A stretch of DNA of 64,000 nucleotides from Eledone cirrhosa. Taxonomy: Eukaryota. Under the pieces are notes generated by a model. The model had not been told where the DNA came from. It ran no database searches and saw only the letters and a list, made by a program, of their open reading frames with translations. Below are positions 1 to 11,604 of this stretch, piece after piece. Location of the stretch: positions 38,502,001 through 38,566,000 of the forward strand of contig OZ024745.1 in the NCBI GenBank assembly GCA_964016885.1, read 5' to 3'. A program made the position numbers and the translations under genes. Position 1 is the stretch's first letter. Each line of letters starts with the position of its first letter.

Positions 1-126
1 CTATTTCAGAGCTCCAATTCTAATTTTTAATTTCTGCCTGACCAACAACCCCTCTGTATAACCAGTTCCTGATTATTTACTAGAATTCTACAAGAATATA
101 ACATCAGTGATCTCGGTAGACAGGAG

Positions 127-187
127 GGAGTAGTTAACCTTGATAAGCATCAATAAATGCGAAACAAGGCCTTGTCGGCTTATCTCC
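127..187 (+). ncRNA. Type I hammerhead ribozyme, U3-A8 core variant (unit 1)
   Basis: aacc TTGATAA gcat-caataa-atgc GAAA caaggccttg TC ggct: stem II GCAT/ATGC, palindromic stem III, GUC cleavage triplet. Confidence 0.72.
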
Positions 188-446
188 CCTGTTTGCTGAG
201 ATTAAAGAAAGTGGATTTGACACTACTCTAAAACAATAGCATACGGTCTTCAAAATGCTTTTAATTAGGCATAAAGTGTATTGCAAAATACATTATATAT
301 ACATCCATATATATATATTGCTATTTCAGAGCTCCAATTCTAATTTGTAATTTCTGCCTGACCAACAACCGCTCTGTATAATCAGTTCCCGATTATTTAC
401 TAGAATTCTATAAGAATATAACATCACCGATCTCGGTAGACAGGAT

Positions 447-507
447 GGAGTAGTTAGCCTTGATAAGCATCAATAAATGCGAAACAAGGCGGTGTCGGCT
501 TATCTCC
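447..507 (+). ncRNA. Type I hammerhead ribozyme, U3-A8 core variant (unit 2)
   Basis: agcc TTGATAA gcat...atgc GAAA caaggcggtg TC ggct; stem I AGCC/GGCT, extendable by GGAG/CTCC. Confidence 0.75.
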
Positions 508-764
508 CCTGTTTGCTGAGATTAAAGTAAGTGAATTGGTCACTACTCTAAAACAATAGCATACGGTCTTCAAAATGCTTTTAATTAAGCATAAAGTGTA
601 TTGCAAAATACATTGTATATACATCCATATATATATTGCTATTTCAGAGCTCCAATTCTAATTTTTAATTTCTGCCTGACCAACAACCGCTCTGTATAAC
701 CAGTTCCTGATTATTTACTAGAATTCTATAAGAATATAACATCAGTGATCTCGGTAGACAGGAG

Positions 765-825
765 GGAGTAGTTAGCCTTGATAAGCATCAATAGATGCGA
801 AACAAGGCCGTGTCGGCTTATCTCC
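765..825 (+). ncRNA. Type I hammerhead ribozyme, U3-A8 core variant (unit 3)
   Basis: agcc TTGATAA gcatc-aata-gatgc GAAA caaggccgtg TC ggct; a loop substitution extends stem II to GCATC/GATGC. Confidence 0.75.
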
Positions 826-980
826 CCTGTTTGCTGAGATTAAAGTAAGTGAATTCGTCACTACTCTAAAACAATAGCATACGGTCTTCAAAATGCTTTT
901 AATTAAGCATAAAGTGTATTGCAAAATACATTATATATACATCCATATATATATTGCTATTTCAGAGCTCCAATTCCCAA

Positions 981-1039
<59 letters not shown>

Positions 1040-1551
1040 TATTGATAGGAGTATCATTGTAATAACTTTATTCAAATGGTTTGTTTTCAAAAGATAACAA
1101 CAAAGAAGAAACACTCCCCTAGAATAAAAATATCGTAATAATAAATAAACAGTCGCAAAATGTTTGTGATTGGGAGTGTCAACATATTTTTAATTACCAA
1201 TAAACACATAGTATTTGGTTTTAATTCCGTATATGAAAACAATTATTATTGCTATTGGTCTTGTCATTTACTATGCTATTGTATTAATACATCAATTATA
1301 TTTCCGGTTGTTATTGGTATTCTTGGTGATTGATATTTTATGGATGTAGTGTTTATTTTTTTCTTCTGTGTCCATGTTTATATATATTTACCCTTCTCCC
1401 TGTTCACACCTTTGACATATTATAATTTGAAACCTGTGCCAATGATATTATTAGTGATATTCTTGAAGAAACAAAAGGAAGAGTATAGAGAATGACGGAA
1501 TCTGTAGCGCAATAATTTAAATATCTTCTGGTATTTAATTGCATTCCATTG

Positions 1552-2295
1552 TTACACCCCAAGATAAAAACAAAATTTGAATAAATTAGAGACAAACAAC
1601 ATAAAACCCGGAGAATTAATTAAAAATAATGTCTTTATAGGTAGCATGGGCCTACATATAGGAGACAATACAAAAGGCATTGGCAGTGATGTGTGTACAA
1701 GGAAATCTCGTAAAATGTAGGCAACATTAGCGGCGAGGACCACAAAAGGGTGACTCAGATACCCCACATATACTGAAGCCCCCAATGCCCCGAGAATACG
1801 TAAGGAGGGCACCACTCTAGTCTTCAAATGAACCAGCCTATAAGTTAGAGTAGGCCCATTCAAAAAAGCCATTCTCGCAACATTCACCCACATTTTAGCA
1901 AATGTCGTGAGGAGCAGCACTTCCCTCCCCACGTCACCTTCCTTTCCAAATGAAACTTGGAAAATTTGATGAGCGATTGTCGTAAGAGAAACGTGTCTGT
2001 CTTCATTCATTTCAACCTCGACCCCCACAAAACCTCTTTCGCTACGGTCACCAGGGAGAGAATGACTTCAAGATATGATGTGTAGTCCGGTACCGTCTCC
2101 GAAACTCTTGGACAGTGGTGCGAAATGTCGCTGAAAAGCCGAACACATCTGCTTAAAATCGAGCGGTACATGCCCGAATCGGTCCATGAAAACCAAGCTG
2201 CACATGAGCCACTCATTCTGTCTTGCGGACGTAAAATTCGAGTCCACCATCTCATTCTCCAAAGAAAATTGTAGTGCGTGTTTGCAAAGAAACAC
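1552..2295 (-). mobile_element. Degenerate, internally deleted Tx1/L1-like LINE ORF2 fragment
   Basis: Peptide SLVFMDRFGHVPLDFKQMCSAFQRHFAPL resembles SLVDDDGHMLLDPGKMCEAFQRHFAQL from the Tx1-like element at 56323. Confidence 0.6.
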
Positions 2296-3582
2296 AGTTT
2301 TACTCCCTAAATATTACAGGTAGAGAATAATGATAATATTAATAATTTAAGAAGATTAATAGTGTAATATTGATGGGAAGAGAATAGAAATAAAAATAAG
2401 TAGGGGCTGGTGAGACGGGTTATAGTTATCTGGAAGATTCGGTAGAACTGAATTTAAGTAAGTCATTATACCTTACCTTCATAGAACATATCATGCTTCA
2501 TGGAACAGTCTGAACGCTAGAATGGAAAAAATAGAAGTCTGAATAAAAAGTGAGTAATTATTGAAGAAGTGCATAGATGTATTTATACAAGTTTCGTCTG
2601 TCTCTGACACTCTTTAGGGTAGTCGCATCCAGTATGTTATGCATAGGCTAAAAACTGAACATCCCACACAGACAAACATTCACAGGCACTTACAATGGCA
2701 CATATTTTTTATATATGTATATATTGATTGTTTTGTGTAGTTGTGTGGTAAATATACTACACATGCATTGAATTGAAGGCTTCTATACAGCGCATGACAA
2801 TTTTCCCGAAATCAATGGTTTATCAAATATTAAAAAGTGCGAATGGATAAGCCAAGAGTGTCGGCGAAAATTGGAATTACACAATCACCGTCACCATTAA
2901 TATCACAGTCACGATGCTGCTTTCCTACGGCCTATATATTACAGAAGATTCCAGATGTGTATATGAAGAAAATACCTTACGCTCGAAAGATACAGAAGGA
3001 AATATAATTTTTCAAATGATCCACCATTATATGAAGGAACTGAGCGAATATAATTTGCAGGAAAACATTACGTTTCAAATATATCTATTGGTAAACCATG
3101 TTAAAATACTTTATTTATATTATGGATATAAAGAGATAACATCTCATTGGACTGAATACCCTTGTGTTTGAGAACGTTGCTGTTGGTATAAGCATGAAAT
3201 CATTAAAAAAAAAAAAAAAAATCATATTCCGGTTCCTTCTCTTCTCTGCGTCATTACGGATAACTTATTGAAGATATTTCGAACATTAACAACCCGTCTT
3301 GACTTCTCTTTCAGAAAACTGAATGTTTTCTGATATAGAACGAAAATTGATGACATAATATGCCTAATTAAATATTCTTACACTAGTTTACGCAACTCAT
3401 AAAATCTGATGGTTATCTTAATCGTAATCTTGAGTTATATTCTCTTTATAGCTTCTGAATTGTTGAAATCCATATTCTGATTTCTTCTGCATAATCTGTG
3501 TTATCCTATAGCGGAAAGTAACTCAAATTTCGTAGACACTATAGTAAGATATATATATATATATTTATATATATATATATAT

Positions 3583-3623
<41 letters not shown>

Positions 3624-3749
3624 AACGAGTAGGAACCCGACGGCTGAGCTCAAGCCGTTTCGACGGCTAATTCTGGACTAAATCAATATATATATGAGTG
3701 TGTAGGCGTGTGTATGAGTTCGTGTAAAAAGAATACATTGGTGTACGAC

Positions 3750-4330
3750 AGAGACAATAAGTGGGAGAGGAGCCAGATCGACAAACATCAACATTTCGAA
3801 GGAAAAACTAGGTTTGGTTAGATGCAGTTAGAATGAATTTGGTGAGACAATTACATATGACGCCTACACCTTGGTAGAGTGGAGATAACAACAAGCACGA
3901 ACGAAAAACAGATGGGACGTTATTCACCACCATCTAACTGATTTACCACTATTTGTTTCAGCACTATATGATTAGAGAACATTACCATTATATTAATCTA
4001 GATGGCAACGCTTGAATAAGATGATGATGCCGTCGAAGACTTCTATGAGAATCTGCAGTATATCATATGGGCAGTTCGGTAAATAGACGTCCTCTTAGTT
4101 TTAAGAGACTTCAATATCAAAGTAAGGCCGGCGCCATATGACTAATGTGTTGCGATAAACAGAAGATTTGGGATCGGGACACCAACGGTCATGATCTCCG
4201 GCAGATGAAATTTGCAATCACCAATAAGCTGACCTCCGATTTATTTCTGCATTATCAGCTTTTTCTTAACGACAATTTGCGTGCCACATCATACTGCGTA
4301 AATTCGCTGTCCTTAAAACCCGTGTAATTA
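3750..4330 (+). mobile_element. Highly degraded RTE-like LINE, AP-endonuclease region
   Basis: Reads as DDDAVEDFYENLQ...DVLLVLRDFNIKV (GDFN-like motif) with stops and frameshifts. Confidence 0.55.
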
Positions 4331-5894
4331 CATTGTGTGTCCTCTAGGGTTAAAAAGCTGGCTGTGTTGACCACAGCACTCGAGAGGTAAGTTCTACCAA
4401 AAACACAGTAAGTATTTCTGTTGAAACTTATGAAGGGATTATATCTAGAGAGGAAGAAATAATCCTAACATGTTATGAGTTGAAGGGTTCTAAAGGTCGA
4501 ACGTTTGGTAGATAAACATTAGAGATAAGCTCTTTCTTGTTCTGTCTGCAAACATTTAAGAAGCCCTCAAGAAACTCGTCAACATTCCCAATATCAACAC
4601 CGGCTACTTCCCTTTCGAATTAATAGAAGAATTCACCTACATTCACTTCGATACATCTCGCAACCTCAAATTTATTTACTGATGTAAACAAGAAATAGTA
4701 TCAGGATCAACATCAAACCTACCTTCAATACTAACATTATCATCATTTCTAATTTGAACAGGTAGCACACTCATCATGTAAAACTATAGTTCGCTACAAA
4801 ATAAAGTTTCTGCAACTACCCATTGTAAAAAAACCCAAGTACATCTGCACAGTTCCTTGCGCCAAAACAGCTGTTTGTCGTTGTCTACCAGCTTGATCTA
4901 ATGTATACCCACACTCTATGCCGGCACAGAGCGGCTACGAATGATCTTCTCTGCGTTAGAAATGTATTTGCTATCAGCTGGGAAGAATTTCCGCTAGTCT
5001 GTCTAATGAGGCGAGTGAAAAACTGCCGAATTCGATAGAACATATAGGGGAGAGCCTAACTTGCGCTATAAAAAATGGCTAAAATCTTAATCCGAAAATA
5101 GGTGTTATCTAATCAAAAAGTGGAGCTCATGCCGACAGCCTCTGAATGTGCGAACACAATCATTTTTTTTTTCAGAGAATATAAACGGAATGCTACGTAT
5201 AACAATGTTTTAAAAATACTTGTTAGCGTAGGAAGAAGTGCTGTAGATGAAACATACTCAAACCAATAGATATATACTTGAAAACAAAAGTCTATGTCTA
5301 TGTTGTTATAAGTGTAAGCTTGAACATCGTTATATATATCATTTGGGTACGTAGGACTCATCATTGTGCAAATAAGTTTAAATGTCGGCACAGACATGAC
5401 CAGCTATGCACGGAGAGTTTTGTTATGACTGTAATAGATACTGGTGAATAAGATCCGTTTGTCTGCACTTCAGCTACAATTCTTTGAGAGATATATCACT
5501 AAATATATAAACAATTATTTATTGTTTCTCTACTTACGGATATAATTTCTCTTTGTTCAGAAAGTAATCAGATGTCAATCTGAAACATTCTACGCATTTG
5601 TTTTTATTCAAAATATATATATATGGTATCCGAAAAGTTATTAATTTGCATCTAATGTGATTTGTTTATCATTGATGAATTTCTACCATTTCAATGATTT
5701 TTAAAACTATTTCTAGTGCCAACAACAACCGATAACATTTATCAATGTTTAGACTGGACACTGCTAGAAGATTCCCCTAATCTTAATTTTTATTGGTATA
5801 ATTTATATAGCAGCTAACTGTATTTTCATTTCCCTTGTTGCTTTCAATCATTAAGCGCTTAAAAAAAAGATTATAAAACCTACCTATGTATATA

Positions 5895-6793
5895 CGAGGG
5901 CAATCCCAAAAGTAAAGTCTCCAAACCGATGGGGAAGCAGAGAAACTGTTCGTACGACTATTGGCAACACTGTTGTGATTGGTGATTCTTTCACTCCCAA
6001 AGAAGCATTCACGCGCTTCGCTGGGATGCTCAATCTTTGCTTGGCAGCCCGTGAGGATGGAGCTCCCGTTGAACGCTTAAGCCAGGTGCGAAGTTCGCAC
6101 AATTATTCAGATTTTCAACGCAAAAGGTGTTGAACCGATTGAAATTCATCACCAATTGACGGAAGTGTATCGACAGTCGTGCATGGATATGAAAAACGTT
6201 CGCAAGTGGTGTAGAGAATTTATAGCCGGTCGTACTGGAATTCACGACGAACAAAGAAGCGAGAGACCGTCAATTTCCGACACACAATTTTTCCGTTAAA
6301 ACTCTGTGGATGATGCTTCGGAAAACCTCAGGAACCCAAATGCAGAGTGCATCCAGAGTGATCCGCCGATCTTTACGCATGTTTCCCCAACCTTTGTGAC
6401 TGTCTCGTCGGAAATTGACGGTCTTCCGCTCCCTTGTTCGTCGCGAATTGCAGTACGACCGGCTGTAAACTCTCTACACCACTTGCGAATGTTTTTGACA
6501 TCCATGCACGACTCTCCATACACCTCCATCAATTGAAGATGAATTTCAATCGGTTCAACGCCATTTGCGTTCAAAAACCGAATAACTGTGCGAACTTCGC
6601 ACTTGGCGGTAGCGTTCAACGGGAGCTCCATTATCAACGACTGCCAAGCCAAGATTGAGCGACCCAGCGAAGCGCATGCATGCTTGTTTGGGAGTAAAGG
6701 AAGCAGCAATCACAACAGTGTTGCCAATAGCCGTACGAACAGTTTATCTGCGTCCCAGTCGCTTTGGAGACCTTACATTTGGGATTGCCCTCG
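5895..6793. mobile_element. Mariner-derived element made of two inverted 5' halves
   Basis: TA|CGAGGGCAATCCCAAA at 5893 and its reverse complement ending at 6793|TA; ORF 6296-6709(-) encodes a mariner N-terminal HTH region (EVRTVIRFLNA...EIHLQLMEVYGE...RKWCREF...SGRPS); the left arm is a diverged inverted copy. Confidence 0.9.
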
Positions 6794-6814
6794 TATATAC
6801 ATACATACACACAT

Positions 6815-6878
<64 letters not shown>

Positions 6879-7124
6879 GTGTGTGTGTGTGTGTGTGTAT
6901 AAATATATATATATATAGATAGATAGATAGGTGGATATAGATATAATGCGGTGGTGTAATGTTCCAATACAAACAGGTATGCGAGAGAAAAAAAGTCTTC
7001 GAAAGAGTTCGCAGTGTAGACAGAGTCAATCAACCTTCGAATAACTGAAGCACATTTATTAAAAATAGAGCACGAAGGTCGAATCGTCGGAGTGAACAAA
7101 AAACCCCCAGAAAACACACACACA

Positions 7125-7174
<50 letters not shown>

Positions 7175-7176
<2 letters not shown>

Positions 7177-7372
7177 AAGCGTTTGTTGGCAGTAGCGGTA
7201 GACGGTCGGAGGCTATACTTCGACGCATAGAGTAACGGTCCTTGCCATTCTGAGTTCAAATCCCGCCGAGGTTAACTTTGCCTTTCATCCTTACGGGGTC
7301 GATAGCATAAGGTACCAGTAATGCACTGGTTAATTGCTGGCCTTGTGCCAAAAGTAGAAACAATTATTTTAA
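7175..7372 (+). mobile_element. tRNA-derived SINE (family 1)
   Basis: B-box-like GAGTTCAAATCC followed by GCCGAGGTTAACTTTGCCTTTCATCCTTACGGGGTCGATA...GTACCAG; at least 5 copies in the window. Confidence 0.85.
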
Positions 7373-7699
7373 CAACATTCATCACAAATGTTTATTCCAA
7401 ATACGATTTATTCATCCTTCTACTTCCTTTCCTAAAGTTCCCTATAACTCAATCCGCCTCAATCCTCACTTACATAACACTATCAAGGATTTTGCGTGAC
7501 CACATCATCTACACAGCCGAAACTGTTTGACCACTGGCCGCTGGTCTCTGTCCTTTCTGGCATTTTGTCCATATTGTCTTTGACAGCATTTAGCTGTTAT
7601 ACAGTCTGTTCTAGCGATGAGTTTTCCCATTGTTATTTCTATATATATATATAGATGTGTATATACATATATTATTATCATTATTATTTTAAATGGAAT

Positions 7700-7895
7700 A
7701 AAGGGCGTGGATTGGCAGTATCAGTAGAGGGTCGGACGCCATGCTTTCCAGCATAGTTACGTCCCTTTACGATCTGAGTTCAAATCCCGCCGAGGTTGAC
7801 TTTGCCTTTCATCCTTACGGGGTCGATAAAACAAAGTACCAGTAATGCACTGGGTAATTGCTGGCCTTGTGCCTAAAGTAGAAACAATTATTTTA
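7700..7895 (+). mobile_element. tRNA-derived SINE (family 1)
   Basis: Same core and the same GTAGAAACAATTATT tail as the 7175 copy. Confidence 0.85.
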
Positions 7896-7897
7896 AA

Positions 7898-8992
7898 TGG
7901 AATAGAATGAAACGAAATTTCATTTCTCACTCTTAGTACGGCACTTACTTAAATGTAAGTATGTATGTATACGTACATACATATATGTATACAGACGTAC
8001 AGTAGCAGGTATATATATATATATACATACAGGCACAAATATATATATGCACGTATCAGTTTACCGAACATTTATTATAATGCTCGGTTTGTTCGTTTGT
8101 AAACAAACAGCCTGAATTACGCCGTACAGTGTTTAGGCAACCACGTCACCTTTTTGTTCAACACTGACACAGGAACGATGTACTAGTTTCAAGCTTATTA
8201 GCTATCGTCTGCACCGTATACCTTTCTGCCAGATGGTTGAACGTCGAAAGTATATACTTTCCTTATGAAAATTAACGGCTGAGCAGCCTAATATGCATAT
8301 CGAGTGAGTTCAGTCGGCCAGGCGCACCGAAAACGATAGATGGAATAGAATGAAACGAAATTTCATTTCTCATTCTTAGTACGGCACTTACTTAAATGTA
8401 AGTATGTATGTATACGTACATACATATATGTATACATACGTACAGTAGCATGTATATATATATACATACAGGCACAAATATATATATGCACGTATCAGTT
8501 TACCGAACATTTATTATAATGCTCGGTTTGTTCGTTTGTAAACAAACAGCCTGAATTACGCCGTACAGTGTTTAGGCAACCACGTCACCTTTTTGTTCAA
8601 CACTGACACAGGAACGATGTACTAGTTTCAAGCTTATTAGCTATCGTCAGCACCGTATACCTTTCTGCCAGATGGTTGAACGTCCGAAAGTATATACTTT
8701 CCTTATGAATACATATATGTATACAGACGTACAGTAGCATGTATATATATACATACAGGCACACATATATATATGCACGTATCATTTTACCGAACATTTA
8801 TTATAATGCTCGGTTTGTTCGTACGGCGTAATTCGGGCTGTTTGTTTGTTTACAAACGGACAAACCGAGCATTATAATAAATGTTCGGTAAACTGATACG
8901 TGCATATATATATTTGTGCATGTATGTATATATATACATGCTACTGTACGTCTGTATACATATTTGTATGTACGTATACATACATACTTACA
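7898..8992. repeat. Tandem (~440 bp period) plus inverted duplication of a hammerhead-containing repeat
   Basis: TGGAATAGAATGAAACG at 7898 and 8341; partial third copy 8709-8820; 8821-8992 is the reverse complement of ~7951-8128. Confidence 0.9.
8615..8655 (-). ncRNA. Minimal type I hammerhead ribozyme
   Basis: Minus strand: cggtg CTGACGA tagc-taataa-gctt GAAA ctag TA catcg; stem I CGGTG/CATCG, palindromic CTAG in stem III. The sister copy at 8176-8216 has a mutated core (CAGACGA). Confidence 0.75.
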
Positions 8993-9242
8993 TTATTATT
9001 TTAAATATATATATATATATATATATTAAAATATTAAAATTAAATATATATATATATATATAATTTTAAATATATATATATGTAGGATAACAATAAATCG
9101 TTAAGTTGAGTTATGCTGTCTTCAGTGTTTAACAATTTCTAGACAAGTATCATGGAAACAATTGTTAGACCGTAAACAAATCTACTTGTTTGTACTGTTG
9201 GCCATGTTATTCTTCACTTTTTATTTATATATATATATATAT

Positions 9243-9426
9243 AGTGTTTGTAGGGTTTGAATCAGATGGAATACTTTCAATCGACAAGATATATCTAAGG
9301 AACTTTCGAATGCAGAGTCGGGTGCGATCTGTAACATATCATGCCTCAAGCTGATCGACGGAGAAACACATGTAATATGTTAATAAATTGTAGCTTGATG
9401 CATTACTGATTCCTCGTTATCTATAA
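9243..9426 (+). repeat. Degenerate single copy of hammerhead repeat family B
   Basis: Aligns by eye with 36005-36169 and 27560-27706; core degraded to CTAAGGA...GAAAcacatgTAatatgtt; flanked by (TA)n. Confidence 0.65.
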
Positions 9427-10224
9427 TATATATATATAATGTTTTATGTTGACTAACGCTGATCCAATTAGGTTTACGCAATCACCGCCATACCTATCCT
9501 TCCAATTTTGATTCGATATTCCATTACAGAGGATACAAAAATTACTAAGTTCTCTAAATGAATTATTAAATCTTAATTATGCTATTCAAAGTTTTAAAAT
9601 GTTGAGTTTTAAAATGTTTTTTAATGAAACTAAACAGAAGCTAATGCAAAATACGTCATAAATTGAACATATTAATAAGGAAATCTATTGGTATATTGTT
9701 AATTGCTTTGAATTTAATAATTTTAACATTATATAACCATAATATAAGGAATATTATAGAGTTAATTTATTAATTACATGTTTGTCAGATGAACGTGTGA
9801 AGACTTTTGTTAGAATAATTTTATTTTATATTATGAATTTGAAGACTACAATTATGAGACGAGAGCAATTGTAAAAGCATACAAATAGGAAAAATTATAA
9901 GTATGAAGGTATTAAGTTAATGCTTGTTGATTAACTACATATAGAAATTTTAAGTACAAATAATTACAGTGTTAATATGCATATTGCACTTAGTACACAG
10001 TGTTTTGAATGACTAAAGTTTATAATAACGACGTGAGAGGAAATGAAAAACTAAAGCAGGGAAAATAAAAAAAATATTTATTAAATAACTTATTAGAAAT
10101 TTTATATGACATTATATCCAAAACGTCAGGTAAAATGATATCTTATATATCGATGTTGTCCAAAGGAAAGGCAAAAGCCGATACAACTTGGCACCAGGGA
10201 CGTTGCAATATATTACTGTAGCTG

Positions 10225-10340
10225 TATAACTACATGGAGTAACATGAAATAAAGTGTCTTGCTGAAGAACACAACACAAAGCCCGGTCCGCGAATCGAAA
10301 TCCCAACTTCACAAAAGCTCGACGCTCTAACCAGTAAGAC
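10225..10340 (-). mobile_element. tRNA-derived SINE (family 2), degraded
   Basis: Reverse complement contains GTGTTCTTCAGCAAGACACTTTATTTCA, matching the copies at 31545 and 34983. Confidence 0.6.
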
Positions 10341-11458
10341 ATGTATATACACATGTGTATGTATAGCTGCTAGCTTATGTCAGAGTTTAGAGAGTGCAAT
10401 TACCGTGCTAAATGCGCTCTTGTTAATCGAGACGCTAGTATAGTCATGTTACTATTACTACGGTGGCCATCGACAATGTTACGAAAACAAGGATCATACT
10501 GCGCTAGGTATATATAGCTCTTTGTTTTATATCACCCATGTGTTTTCGTTAATCTCTCAATTCCTATATCCGATATACTAGAAGTACATTAGGGATCTGT
10601 TATATATATACAACAACCAACAACACAATCTATGGTAACTGTGCTATTTCCTCCAACTTATGACCCGAACAGATTTTTGAAAGCCCCCTTTATTCACATT
10701 TGTCAACCATATTGTCTCTCATAAGTGCTTAAATACAGATGTATCTACTGATATAAAAGTTAACGTTTAGAAAACCTTAAAACGCAGTGTGATTAAAAAA
10801 TCTTCATATGTATGTTTATATATATATGGTAGTGCTAAATATATGCACGTTCATTTCGGCAGTAGGGTTGCTGAGATACAATATTACCTATGAGGCACGC
10901 GGCTGCCCATTCTCATGTTTTCTTAAGTGAGCATGTTTCTTTCTATCACTTCACTAATGTCTCATTCTTTTGTCTCAATTATTTTCACACACTCCTGTTG
11001 TGGTTGTTGATACCTGTACACGTTTCCTTCTTCCGTAAGATACTCACTCTGAATTTGTTTATGACTTCATAGATCTAGCAGAAACTATTCGTCATCCATG
11101 GTTCGTCATAAATGTCATTTAATTATATACGTATTTAATTCTGTACGTAGTTGTCCACGCCATGTAACGTGAGGTAGTTTTTGTGTTTGTTTTCGAATGT
11201 TAAATTACTCTTCTGCAAGGTTTGACTACATTGCTAGACACGGTGTCCCCGGATGGGCCCAAAGTAACATGGGTAGCTGTAGAAACTGAATACGACCCTT
11301 TCGACAGCCGATAACAACGGAGCTTTTGTACCTGCTACCAAATTCGTAATATTAACTCTGACGCACGCGGTGGCCAATCTCCCCCATCTTCTTTTGTTGA
11401 GTATCCCTCTCTCTTTCTCTCTTTCTCTCTTTATCTCTCTCTCTCTCTCTATCTCTCT

Positions 11459-11535
<77 letters not shown>

Positions 11536-11566
11536 TACATGTACACACAGAAACACGGACAAACAC

Positions 11567-11604
<38 letters not shown>

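Larger units (their letters stand above)
1..985 (+). repeat. Tandem array of ~318-320 bp units (1-320, 321-638, 639-956, partial 957-985), each with a hammerhead motif; probably continues left of the window
   Basis: CTATTTCAGAGCTCCAATTC recurs at 1, 321, 639 and 957; units are near-identical; the array ends at a (TA)n tract. Confidence 0.95.

Noticed and set aside
1-985. Regular repeats as a possible CRISPR array
   Set aside because: Whole ~318 bp units repeat with no unique spacers, there are no cas genes, and the context is eukaryotic.
1040-1550. Possible Penelope ORF remnant beside the tandem array
   Set aside because: Only vague resemblance (TLPFVS); no GIY-YIG or RT motif readable. A translated HMM search would be needed.
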